DNA of 64,000 nucleotides from Podarcis liolepis. Its lineage: Eukaryota. Where the stretch lies: NCBI GenBank assembly GCA_965112155.1, contig OZ218103.1. The stretch is one strand, 5' to 3'. Positions 1 to 40,200 of the stretch are shown here, one piece after another. A program made the position numbers and the translations under genes. Numbering within the stretch: the stretch's first letter is position 1; every line of letters starts with the position of its first letter. Under the pieces are notes generated by a model, which saw only the letters and a list, made by a program, of their open reading frames with translations, was not told the origin of the DNA and made no database searches.

Positions 1-545
1 GAGACATTGGAGGCAGCGCTGGTGTGTGCAGCTCTACTGGCACTCAACTGTTTATGCCCTTGTGAGTTTTTTGAATGCCTGGAGAGGGCTTAAGATAACA
101 GTCTCCACTTCAGCCATCATTATGCGTCTAATGTAAGTGAGTGGGTGTGTTGCAGTGGGTGTGCATGTGGTGCAAATCTTATGAGGTGGTTAAAGAGTTC
201 TAAGCTGTAAGTGATCTTGAGTATGTGCTGCAAGAATAAGCCATGGCTGTTTTCCCATGGAAACATTATGAGATGAGAATTCCTTAGCTGTGTTTCAGGC
301 TGCTGCTTAATTGTATCCTGATCTCACTGCAGATGCTACCAGTCTGCATGGCAGAACTCAGTTGTTTGCGTGCTTTATTTGGGTGGAGTCCATAACATAA
401 CCCACTTTTCAGCCATGAGTCAGCGCTCTAATTCTTATGCATTTTGCTTTTAATAATGTGGAATATCCTCCTTAAACTTTCTGGTGGTTTTCCCACATTT
501 CTCCCCCTTGGTGGAAATGATGATCCCTTTTTTCTAGCTGCTATT

Positions 546-592
546 CTATATGTTGGAATATAGAATATCCTATATATTGGAATATAGAATAT
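546..592. repeat. Two-copy tandem duplication with 24-bp period, CTATAT(G/A)TTGGAATATAGAATAT
   Basis: Read directly at 546-568 and 570-592. Confidence 0.8.
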
Positions 593-949
593 GGTTGGGA
601 GCATTATGAGTTTCACTAATATTTGTTATCACAGTGATCCTGGATAGTAGATAGTCTCTTTGTTCCTTTGCAGAGTCTGAGAGCTGCTAGAATTTATATG
701 CAGGTCCTGCATCTATTTCCCCAGTTACGATTATTATTTTATGTAATGCGTAAAACTTCTTTTCTACCAGCAACGAAGACAGAGCCACCCCTTCCCACCT
801 GCAAGACAATAGCAGCCAGGAAAGGGTTTTGTTTCACAGAAGTTCCCACTCTGGGAATTTATACTGCATGGTGGCATAGATCTTTCTATAGTAAATAATA
901 TAGTTCCTGAATGTTAAGACGAAGCTCACACCATCACACACAACCTGCA

Positions 950-1820
950 AATACCGTATAAAATTCATTCACAATATAAAACGAATCAAATAATTCACAA
1001 TCCATATTTGCAAATATCTATTCATGAGTGTGATTCTTCTGGAAGGCAATGAGCAGCTGCCATTATTCTAGTGAATTCATCTGCATGAATCCTCACTTCT
1101 CTCATTTGAAAGATACTCATCACTTTCTCCATAACGGCTAGGGTCTGGTATCTTTTTAAACCACATTTAATCACTGGGAATTTCTGCATGTTTCCAGACA
1201 TTTGCAATGCATAACCTAGCAACCATCAATAGATATGACAATGCTGTTCTTGAATATGAAATTTTAATATTCCAAGTCAGAATTCCATTGACCCTGAAAG
1301 GCAATACATAACTAGTAATTAAAGTCATTATATTTAATATCCCATACCAGAAATATTTAATTTTGAGCCAACTCAACCACATGGGTAAGAATGCTCCCCT
1401 TGAACCACAATTTTTCCAGCAGGAGCCCCAAGCACAAACAATATTTCCACCTCCCCAAAGACTAAGGAATATACACCATCTAGCAATCCATATAGAATGT
1501 GCCCCTCTCATAATTTTTCCCTTCACTGAGTTCTTGTATGTGTCTTCTTTCAGTTTGCAAACCTGATGGGCAGGCTTTTTCTGTGTGTCACTTTCTTTTT
1601 TAAATTGATGCATGTCGTTTTCAGAGACAATAATTTGTCTGAAAAGCAGGTTAAAAATATAGGAAATAATTTGCTTATGCAAATAGGACAAAAAAGCCCT
1701 TTTCAGAACTCTAACTATCACAATTCAATTGAACATTTAATTATTTCTTACAGTGAGAAATTAATATCTCTTCCCATAATTCGCCGTGAATTTCTAGATA
1801 TCATGGCCTTCATTTGATTC
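950..1820 (-). mobile_element. Degraded L1/Tx1-type LINE ORF2 C-terminal remnant (boundaries approximate)
   Basis: ORF 1167-1721 carries CWKNCG...FLPMW (zinc-knuckle-like) and LLMVARLCIANVWK..EIPS, typical of the L1 ORF2 C-terminus. Confidence 0.6.
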
Positions 1821-2242
1821 AGATGCACAGTTCATATATTGCCAGAGCTCTTAGGCAATTGTTTCAGAGTTTAGATAAGAGAGTGCCTTAATTACAAAGA
1901 AGCTGAAACACTGGCACTCTCCTTCTATTTTCCCTTTTGGTGCTTGGTCTTCATGTGCAGTGAAACTACTGTCTTGCCCAATACCTTAAAACTCACCAAG
2001 GCAATTTCTGCAGTATTGAAAAATGCCTCATTTTGGTAGTTGAAAGTCTTTAAGAAGAGTGTGGCATGGGGAGATATAGATGATCACATTTGTATTTCAT
2101 TCCAGACCTTTAAGAAAACGGTTATCTTTCTATTAGTTCATGGAGTCCTTAGCCATACAGGTGTCTGTAATAAACACCCCTGAAAAGGGTGTAAAGACGT
2201 TTCTGTTCAAACTGCCCTTTCTGTATCTCAAGAGGGTCTGTT

Positions 2243-2390
2243 GTTGAGTGGTACAGCACCCTTCATTCAGAAGATCCCAAATTCAATCCCTGAAATCTCC
2301 AGGTAGGGCTGGGAGAGACCCCTGTCTAAAATCCCAAAGATCTTCTGCCAGTCAGTACTGAGCTAGAGGGACCCAAGGGTTTGACTCAGT
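2243..2390 (+). mobile_element. tRNA-derived squamate SINE (Squam3-like), diverged
   Basis: Box A/B-like head plus body GGTAGGGCTGGGAGAGACCCCTG...CTGCCAGTCAGT, shared with copies at ~8.9, 23.2, 46.4 and 59.5 kb. Confidence 0.6.
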
Positions 2391-2669
2391 TCAGTACGTT
2401 ACATACGAAGCTTTCTTGTGCTATCATCTGAATCTGACAAGTGTTGTCATTTAATTTAATAGGTAATCCCAGATCTCCGTTCTTAGGTGTCTTCTTTGGC
2501 GTGTGCATTAAACTGCTAGTGCATTTGTTGGACAAGCTTAATTTTATATAATATTGACTGGATTTCCTTTCAATTATAAACAACTAAGACAGACAAATTT
2601 ATTATGGGATAAGCATCTGTGGACATTTGCCAGAAGTATTATATTCAATAGGAGGTCTGTGTGTGTGTG

Positions 2670-3103
2670 CAGCGGCGTAGCGTGAGTTGTCAGCACCCGG
2701 GGCAACGCAAGTAATTTGCACCCCCTAACCCGGGGCAAGGCACGTAATTTGCGCCCCCCCCTAACCCCTAACCTGCGAGTTGCCGCTGGCGCTGCCGCCC
2801 AAACGATGCCGCTTGCCCGGAGGAGGAGGGGGGCAGAGAGGCGAGGAAAATGCAACGGCCCAGCAGCTGCAGCAGCACCGGCGGAGGTGGGGCTGTGAGG
2901 AGGGGCTGCCTGGCGCGTCCTCCGCGGCGAGCACTGAGAGCCGCTGCCTGCCGGGCGCCTTCAGCCGGGCGCCGCGAGACATGCGGCTCTGCTACAGCCT
3001 GCGCCCGAGGCTCTTCGGCGACTCCGGAGGCAGCGAGCGCGCCCCCCCAGATGTTGCGCCCGGTGTGGCTTGCACCCCTTGCACCCCCCACGCTACGCCA
3101 CTG
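2670..3103. mobile_element. GC/CpG-rich non-autonomous hAT-type DNA transposon (MITE)
   Basis: 15-bp terminal inverted repeats (TIRs) CAGCGGCGTAGCGTG / CACGCTACGCCACTG (1 mismatch); flanked by TGTGTGTG on both sides (8-bp TSD within a TG run). Confidence 0.8.
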
Positions 3104-3968
3104 TGTGTGTGTGCACGCGCGCACGCACGTGCGTGTGTGCACATGGATTGCACCCACACCATACACTTAAAATACATTTGAAGAATTCCTCCAGATAATA
3201 CTGGAAACTGTAGTTTACCCTCCACAGAGCTGTGGTTCATGTGCTTGAAACGCCTGAGGTGGCTGTGACCCTAAGCAGTGGAGGGGTTTGTGTGTTAGAC
3301 ATATTATTTATACATAAATATTTATATTGTTGTGTATGTTCCTTTGTGTGTTCTTGCATATTTATAAGAAGAAACGGACAAAATCAGTAACTCACTATCT
3401 CTGTCATTTACATATTGACAGTGAAACAGGAAGCAATTAGAAGCATTAGAAAACAGGCACCACAGTCATTACTTTATCAAAGAAAGCCAGTCTTTCCAAG
3501 AAATCTTGTAAGTTCAGATAAATTTGCAAATCCTGTCTCGCCAGGTTTTCTGTCGCTGTATAATTTAGTTTATATAAGTGATCCAGTGGTAATAATTAAC
3601 ACCTCCTCAACAAAGTACTAAATTGTATTTGGAGCTAGGAGTTTGTACGATTTTGAGCTGAGAAAAAACCAGAGGAGACAGAGTTGAACAACCCTACCAA
3701 CCTGGCCTCCTCGTCACTCTCCCTTCTGGCCCTGTCAGGAGAAAGAGACACACGACTGCATGTCAGATCTAGCTCGATCCTGATTGTTATAGTTCTGTAG
3801 GGGGTTGACTTTTGCAAGAGCTAGTGATGAAATAGCATCCAGCAGGAAGCTGTATGCCTGTTCAAGCAAGGTTGAAAAATGATTCAGTTTGCTTTTGTGT
3901 GTGCATGTGTTGCCTTGCATCTTGGTAGAAAGTGTAACCACCATCCCATATCTCTTCTGTCCCTGCAG

Positions 3969-31901
<27,933 letters not shown>

Positions 31902-34900
31902 ATAGAACCTGGGGAACTACTTGGACATGGTGACTGTGGTGGAGGTCACGAGAAGACAAGATGTGGTTCTCTTGTTGAGCCATGCTTGCAAGGGTAGGAC
32001 GTGCTTAGCTTCCCACCAGAATCTCACACACTCAGGGCTTCAGGAAAAGATGGCACCCTGGCTTTTTGGTACCATGTGCCCCAGTGAGTGAGTTGGTTGG
32101 ATGGTGTGAGGGAGCCTTCTTTCCTTTCCAGTTTCCATGCTCCATGTCTCTTTTTCTTGGTAGGATTTTGCAATGACACTGAACTGTGAAACTCCCACCA
32201 TGGCATTGTCAGCCAAGGAGGAAGGTCAAGCTGAGGCATTTGAGAGCATTTCTCCTATCAGAATCCACATGCCACCCAAACAGGCACCCCCCAGGCTATG
32301 TGAGAAGCTCTGCAAAATAGGTGGTTTTAGGTGTTCATTGGCCAAGGGGGTTTATCAAGGAAAGATGCAAGAAACCTCATTCCTCACTCCATCACGCCTG
32401 AGCGATCCATACCCATCGACTCCTATGGCCGCCTGTGCCCTGCTTATGGCATTCCTTCAGAGCTTAACAGTGAAACTGACCAGAGGAAATCTAAACATGC
32501 CAGCTGCTTCCTGGATGTGTTTCCTGCATAGTTGATTGTTGTGTTTTAGAGGGTATTTCTTGTTCTAGTTAGATCTTTCATGAGTATTAATGTGCTGGCT
32601 TCCTTTCTCTTATTGCCACCCCACCACTGATGGGCTGTGTGTATGTGTGTGTGTGATTTTCTGAAGGGGGAAGGGTGGGTGGCAAAGTTAGCCACCTTTT
32701 AAAAAATGTTAAGCACATGTGATATTTCTCAGTTTTCGCTCCAAAAGTAGAATCGCCAAAGGTTTTCCTTTTCAAATGCTTAGAGCCCTACCAAGAGAAC
32801 ATAAAAAAGAAAAATCTCTACTGTATAAGTGAGGTCTGTCAAATGGATGATGATTAATATGGGATTTGGATTATCACTTTTTCTTCAACTGTGGAATCAA
32901 GATTTCTGTTAGTTTGGAAGAATGGTTGCTTTCTGTGTTCCAGCTTCAGACTTGAAATTGTAATGCTGGTCCCTTTTTTCATAGTGCTAGATTTCCCAGG
33001 AGAAGAAAAAAAAAAAGATGTGAGCTACTGGAATATGTTTTTGGCTTCTCCCTGGGAAAGTCTTCACAGGCAGCCTGGGGAGAAACATGCATTATTTCAA
33101 TCTGTGAAGCTGTTTACATTGTCCTGTTCCAATAAGAGAAAATAATAATGGCAACAGAAACTGACTCTCTCCTCTCAGGTGGAGAAAGGACCCTTTTAAG
33201 CATTGGAACAGAAATGTGTGAGTTTTTTTCCTTTAGATTTTTAACAGGGTAAGAAACACTTGAACAAGCGTGTGGTGATGCGTTCCTGTCTTCACATTTC
33301 CCCAGATGTGGGATGATGAGACTTGCCCTCTTAGTCTTGCCCCATCACCTGTTTACTTACACCTGCTTGGCATCCGTTCACGTCAATACTCATGTCTTTA
33401 TAATAGACTCTGCAATGAATAAGCAGGAGAAGCTTCTCTCTGTGTGCTTCAATCAACTTGAATTTTCACTGGTGGAGTTTCAACCCACTTAAGTGTTCTC
33501 ATGGACCCTGTGTGAGCATCACTTTGCAAGAGATGAAGCTTTCTGTTTGTGTGTAACACAGCAGGGCTGTCCCAGCCCTCACTGGAGAGTCACAGAGCAC
33601 TCCTCAAAACCTTCGTTTCCTCACTTGGCTGTTAATATGTGGTATAAATGGACTTTTGACATGCATTGTGCTCTCCTGACCAAGGACCAAGTTCATGCCT
33701 CAACCAGCAGACTTGGGGTAAGCAGCACACTGGTGGACCATTCCACAGCTCTGCCCCCTGGTTTATAGGAGTCTTCTGCTCTAATAAACTGGCTTTGGGT
33801 GTGAACTTCATCCGCTCCATGCAGTGAAGCTGCAGATTCTTCCATTGGGAGTAGGTTGTTGTACTGTAATTCTGTATGGGTGTTCAAAAAGTTCTGTGTA
33901 TTGTCTTGTGCATTATTTGGGGATGGGGGAGCAGGAGGGAGAGGGGTGTGTGTATGTGCACGCGCATGAGTGAAATTTAAAAAGGGTGAGGGCTTGTTTT
34001 GAGTTAACCTACCTCATGGTCCAAGGTGTCTAGTTCTACTCTTTGGGGGTTTTTTATGTTAATAAAACTTGAATTAGTCTGGGGACCGCACATTACCACT
34101 GACCCCTAAGTCCCAAAAGTGAGGTGAAGGCAAGGTGAAAGCAAGTGTGCTTTGCCTTCGCTGTTGACTGATTTACATTCAAGCTCACAGCTTGTACTGT
34201 GTCCACCAGCAGCACCAATTTTAATAAGCTCTTCTTAAATGTTAAGACTGATATTTATTGAATCATTGTGTCCTTTGCAGTCTTCTCGTGACTTAGCATT
34301 CTCAGCTGAGAATAACAGAGAGGTCCAAGTGATTCAAGCCTTGGAAGAGGGACCATCTTCCATCGGTAATGAAATCAGCACAATCCTCACGCCTTCACAT
34401 GGCTACACAAGCTATCTTGTCCGATATTTTCAGAAGCTTGTAGTCCACCTGTGAATGTAGTTGCCTGTAAAAAAATATATTCTAGGAATACATTGTGAAT
34501 TAGCTGCACACAGTTCACCTAAAACTTCCTCCATTCTTCCTTGGAGGAAGTCTGTTTAGTACAAGAAATATGAAATGTCTTGTAAAGTATTACTTGATAT
34601 ACCTGAAAGCACTGTGCCCGACAGCACTCTGCTTAACTGTTAAATTATTGACCATATTGCCATATAGTCCCATGTGCCTCAGTGCTATTGCTAGCTTTTT
34701 AGGTATGGGATTATATTTTCTCATATTGAAGAAGCTACCCCCTTCTCTCTTTATTTTTTAATAGTCCTGATCCAAGCAACGTGACAAAGTGCAAAACCCT
34801 GCAAATGAAATTGGGTGCAAACCAGGAGAGCCATTTTACCTCCTCTGAACAGTTACGTGAAGCACACGGTGGGAAGGGTCAGAATAAGCAAGCTGAAAAC

Positions 34901-35485
34901 CTCGTCTGCTTTGAGTAGCCCTTGGGAGTAAATGTGCATGTTCATTAAGAGAACACTGTCATTAACGAGACTCAAAAGTGGGTTTGTACAACCTGTTTGA
35001 TTCATCTAGCAGCCCTGGGAAAATCTCTGCCAGGTTCTCCTGGTGTTCTTAAGGCTTTGCTTTGGGAATAGGCCTCCTGGTGGTAGGATAACATGCACCA
35101 TCCCTGCATTCCAAGAAAGGAGCTGGGGTGAAAGACGCCCCCTAAGGTGCATAAACACCATAGGCCCGTTTGCTCCACCTCTTGGTTTATGTATACATAT
35201 ATAATCATGTTTCAATTGACAGGTGCCTTTTCTTGCCCTGAAAGGTGTTTTCTCCCCCTCAAGGCTGGCGTGTGTGTTCAGGGCTTCTTTGGGGGTTTTG
35301 TACCATCAGGCAAAATGGTCACACGTATGTATGTGTGTGTGCGTGTGTACATGATAAGGTGTGTAATTATTTTATACCGCTATGTAAATAGTGTAAGTTA
35401 TTTAAAGCTCCCGCTGTACATGGTTTTCCAATGAATGTGTTTGTTCCTCCTCTTAATAAATAAACATCAAAACAAGATCTGAGAA
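31902..35485 (+). other. KIF21B: KIF21B long 3'UTR (end approximate)
   Basis: Repeat-poor region after the stop; miRNA seed and PUM motifs; AATAAA cluster at 35455-35464 and 35497-35508. Confidence 0.65.
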
Positions 35486-35508
35486 TAATTATTTTTAATA
35501 AAAATAAA
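35455..35508. terminator. Polyadenylation signal cluster: + strand AATAAA x4 and - strand ATTAAA (35494-35499)
   Basis: Hexamers read directly; they lie between the convergent KIF21B and INAVA stops. Confidence 0.6.
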
Positions 35509-37110
35509 ACAGGCCATTAAGTGTAAGTTCAAAAGGCTCTTTCAGTGGTACGAAGATTGAGCTGATGAGGAAATGGATATTGATATAGGTATGAGCAAGT
35601 GGCTCTGATCTAGGAAGTTAAAAACAAACCAACCCAGAAGCAACGAGCCTGGCCAGAATTTAAGTGTCATCTGATAACTGTATCTTTATGACCTGGCTTT
35701 TTGCCTTTTCTTTACTTAATTAACAGCACACTTTGGGGCAACAACAAAACATTGTTTTTGACTGTTTCTAAAGAAGTAATTAAAGCAGAGTCAATTCCTA
35801 AATGATGACTTGCAAGGATTAGAACACACAAGGACTCAGAAAAAGCATCCTATTCAATATAAAAATGTTCAGGTAGATTTAACACTGTTTTGAGCCGAGT
35901 CCAGGTAACTTTCATAGTTGCACATCATACATATTCCCTCTCCCTCCACTGGCAAACCTTGTACAAATAAGTTAATATTAAGAACAGTGTTGGTTGCAAT
36001 ACCACACACTTGATCATCATGATACCATAATTAGTGCTTTAACATCCCTAGGTTACCCGAGAAGCAAAGACCAATATTAAAGAGAGACGGGTACTTAGAA
36101 AAGACCCCATAGAAAGTAGTAGAGGTTAAGCAAAACATCTTGTGTTTGTCCAGTCTAGGATTGCACGGCAAATTAAGTACAAACCTGGCATCCGGAGAAT
36201 CTGCTTTTCTTTTTCAAAACTGACATTTCTAGCCTTAAAAGCACGAAGGCTTTATGCCCATTTTTTTTGCCATGACTTGTAAGTTGAAAAGGTTCTGGGC
36301 TGAGACCAAACAGAGTCACTCTCAGTTCCTTGTGACATGCTTGTATAATGAGAAACCCCTTCCACAAAGTGATGGGTTTCATACAAAGATAGAGCCACAC
36401 ATGAAAAGGGCTCCTTTTAAGAATCGTTGTGATGTAGGTACAGAACCAAGAACATGGCAAATGCTGTGAAAAGCAGTTGTGAAGGGAAAACAATAGGGAA
36501 AGGGCATGCACACCAAACTACACTTGGGGAAGCTTGCTTGCCTCCATTGCCTGTTTGCTACATCACACTACTTTATGCAAGAAAAAGGAAGACAACAGAG
36601 GCTCCACATCTAGCACTTGTGAGGGCAGGCAGATTCTGCTTCCGCAGGGGAAAGAAAATTCATGTAGTCAGGCTTGGCTCTTTTCTGAAAAGCTATAAAA
36701 AGTTCTAAAGTTCTTGCTTTCATAACCTACAGCTGGCTCCCAAGATCTTTCCACCACAGACAGACGTGAATAAATAGGCAGACAAGCAAACACTAGTTAA
36801 GAGGGGTGAGGGATCTTGCTGTGCTCTGTATTCCGCACAGGACAGCAAACCCAGCTGTCTGTTGCAGTAGTCTATTGCATCAGTTCATCATAGGAACAAA
36901 GGAAGAGACTGAGCTATATAGTCTCACATAGGTTGCAGAATAGCCCCTAAAGTGTTCTCTTTAATAAAGCAGGATCAGATGGTTGAAGAACACACCAAAG
37001 TTTGACACAAAGCCTCGTCTTTCCAACCTGGAATGGGGAGACGGGTCGGTCTAGGCAGCCAGCCTGCTGACATTGCCGAATTGCAGGAAGTCACGGTGAT
37101 TCAGCAGTCT

Positions 37111-37203
37111 CTACACCTGAGTAATGATTTCTCCATTTTCTGGCACGTAGACCTGCACAGGGGCTCCCTCAAAAGACCGTTTCAGGATATGGACACGGGG
37201 AAC
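37111..37203 (-). CDS. INAVA: INAVA last coding exon ([30 protein letters not shown])
   Basis: ttccag|GTT ... TAG. Confidence 0.93.
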   Translation of the reverse strand, partial: VPRVHILKRSFEGAPVQVYVPENGEIITQV

Positions 37204-40200
37204 CTGGAAGGTTAAAAAAAGGAGCCTCTTAATGGAACTGTCGCAACAGCACATCTCCCCAGCAGCAGCAACCCTACCACCACCAAATACAATTTCCTTC
37301 ATCAAACATGAAAACATTTGTTACAGCTGACGGTCACTTCCTATCTTGATTGCCTCAGGAAAATGTGGCCCATTATGTTTCTCCATGCCTATAAAATCAA
37401 TTCCTCTCCCATCATTAAGCGCAGTGTAAAAATAAAGTTTCCAGGGCAATCTTTCCTATTCTTTCCATTCAGTGCCATTAAATTAAGTGTCTTTAAAATG
37501 CTGTGATATTTTCCAGCCAGATTACCATTCATGCTTTCACCTTTGGGGGTTGGACTAGAGGACCCACCACATAGAGAGTCATGGAAAGGAGGTGCTCTGG
37601 CACTTTTCAACAGGGCTGCGGCACCTGTGGCCCTTCCAAAGAGGCTGGGACTCCCAGCAGCCCCAGCTGGCATGGCCAATCATCAGAGATGATGGGCCTT
37701 GTAGTCCAGCAACAAATGGAAGACCACAAGCTCCCCATCCCTGCTGTAAAACAAATTAGGTGTCTAGAGCATCCTAAAGAATTCACGGAAAAAGCTGAGC
37801 CCCTGCAGGCAAATAAACAGAGCTTGCCATAGCTTTATGCATTAAGGAGGACTAAAAGAGGCTCTTAAAAGTAGCAATATTGGCATAAGATGGTCTAACT
37901 GACTACAAAGCAGCTTCTTATATTTATATTGGCATGCATGGGTGCAAAACCAAAACAGCTTCTAACTATTACCGTATTTTTTGCACCATAACACTCACTT
38001 TTTTCCTCCTAGAAAGTAAGGGGAAATGTCTGTGCGTGTTATGGAGGAAATGCCTACGGGTGGCATGCCTACAGATTTTCCTCCTCTAAAAACTACGTGC
38101 GTGTTATGGTTGGGTGCGTGTTATAGAGCGAAAAATACGGTAATCAACGTGAAGCTTCCACGGTTTCTACCCATTATTCACAGGCATGTCCAGAGGAGCA
38201 CCCACCTGCAAACTTGAAGTGTGAGCTCACTCTCAGAGGGGTGGCTATTTTAGTCTGTTGCAGCAAACTGGCATCTTAAAGACTTAATAAAGTAATGAGC
38301 TTTTGTGGACTGGAGTCTATTTCAACCGATGCTTATACAAGGAGATTGTCCTCATGGCTCCTCCTTTTAGGTGAGTAAAGCTCCCCTATCTCTTGAATGG
38401 GGACCACAGATTTAAATGAACTGGCCAAAGGAGGTTTTGAAACAGCGTAACTGGCCTCTAGGACTCACAAATAAAACTACCTGAAAATGCACATGTGCCC
38501 CAACTGATGGGCATAGAATTGCCAGGGATTTATCTGATGTTGCATTTTTGGGTGGTTTCCTTGTGCTGAAGATGGATTAGACAAACACGTAACGTGCAAT
38601 CTATGGTCGCTGTCTTCTCTTGCTCATGTGAATGCTTCCTAGCACAGCACAGAGTTGTCTGATTAAAATTTCACAGCTCTGTTTCCAGGTGAGGGGAGGC
38701 ACGCATTGAAGAGGATGGGAGGAATCCAAGGGCAAGCTCTTGCTCGCATGGCTGTGGGCTTCTGCCCTGTGCTGCAGGCGAGGGAGATGCCCAAGGAGGA
38801 AAAAACTGTGCTTCATTGTGCAACAGTTTTGCACATCGAAAGAACATAATTCTCCAAGCGGAACCACCAGGATTCATATCTTTCAGAATTCCTCTCACTG
38901 ACTATGTTTCTCAAGGAACAGCGTGCAGAGTTGCCAGAAGGCAATGCCGTTGTCACCAACCATCAGAACAAAGGAGCAGCAACATAACCTTTTCCTATCT
39001 AACAAACTGCCCAACAAGCATACAGTAAAAAATATGGTAAAGGACCCGTGGACAGTTAAGTCCAGTCAAAGGCGACTATGGGATGCGGCGCTCATCTCAC
39101 TTTCAGAACCAAGAACTAGAACAAGCTTAAGGACTACTGGACTTTACTGAGGTTCAAGGAAGTGGGTACTACTTAATGTGTTGTATTCAGTGCTAGTCCT
39201 ACTTAGAGTTGACCTACCGCCATTAAGGAGCCTGTTAGTCTTGTCCAGTAACTTCAATGGGTCTACTCCGGAGTAGGATTAATACTGGATACAACTCTAT
39301 TATTTTTAAAATTACCTGGGCAGAGAACTTGGAAATTTCCCCTCTGCCACAAACATGAGTCAACTCTTATAGGCTCTGAGCCAGAAGACTCCTCTTCATG
39401 AGTAATTTGGAACACTCCAACAGCTCTCAGTGCAAACAAACATCTGAAACTGGGGTGGTGATTTGAAGCAGCTGAATGGCCCTTGGGAAAAGGCTTAGGC
39501 ACCCCTCCCATGATCTACCGTTCTCAAGTCCCCATCCCAGTCCATCCCAAAGCACTATCTTATTACTTTAAATTGAATTTGTGGTAGTGTTGCATGCATT
39601 TGTGCTTAACTTCTAATTAGTCGTAGGGCTGTGCCAAATGTCTGTTCCAAAGCATAGTGCTTTCAGTGGACCTGTAAATGCACTTTTAAAATAATAAAAA
39701 AGCTTTTCACAACATTGCTAGAAAATAGCACAAAAGAAGCAGCCAAACCCACTAGCTGTGCTGCCCCCCCCCCCCAGCTATAAAAAGGCCCAGCAGTGCA
39801 GTGCGCCTTTGTGAGGCGATAGCAGTCTGTGGAATCTGTTTTTCCCTGAGCCTGTGGATGGCTCTCCAACTCACGGAGAGCAGGCCATGTTTCTTGGTTG
39901 CCATGAGCGAATACTGCTTCCACCAACACACATTCTGGTGGTGTGCCAAAACAGCAGCTTTTGCCCATGAATATGTAAGACAGTCGACATTTTGGTAGCC
40001 ATAGCAGGCCGCAAAAAACTGAAAAGAAACATAACAACCTGAGCAGTGAAGTGAATCGCACCTGAGAGGCACCTGCCTTCATCTTACAGGAGGCAGCACT
40101 ATAGCATGCTTCTACAGATCTGCTAGTACTCATGAAAGCCTTCCTCTATTTTTCCTATTCACATGGGCGCACACACAGAGCTTTCAATTCCTTGTGTGCC

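Noticed and set aside
1167-1721. 184-aa minus-strand ORF
   Set aside because: Motifs match a decayed L1-type ORF2 C-terminus, not a host gene
2574-3240. Stack of overlapping GC-rich ORFs (up to 133 aa) resembling a CpG-island first exon
   Set aside because: They coincide with a TIR/TSD-bounded MITE plus a (TG)n tract; the open frames are a by-product of GC content
1-3968. KIF21B 5' exons (P-loop and LYNEE-containing exons)
   Set aside because: Not found in this stretch; presumed upstream of the window
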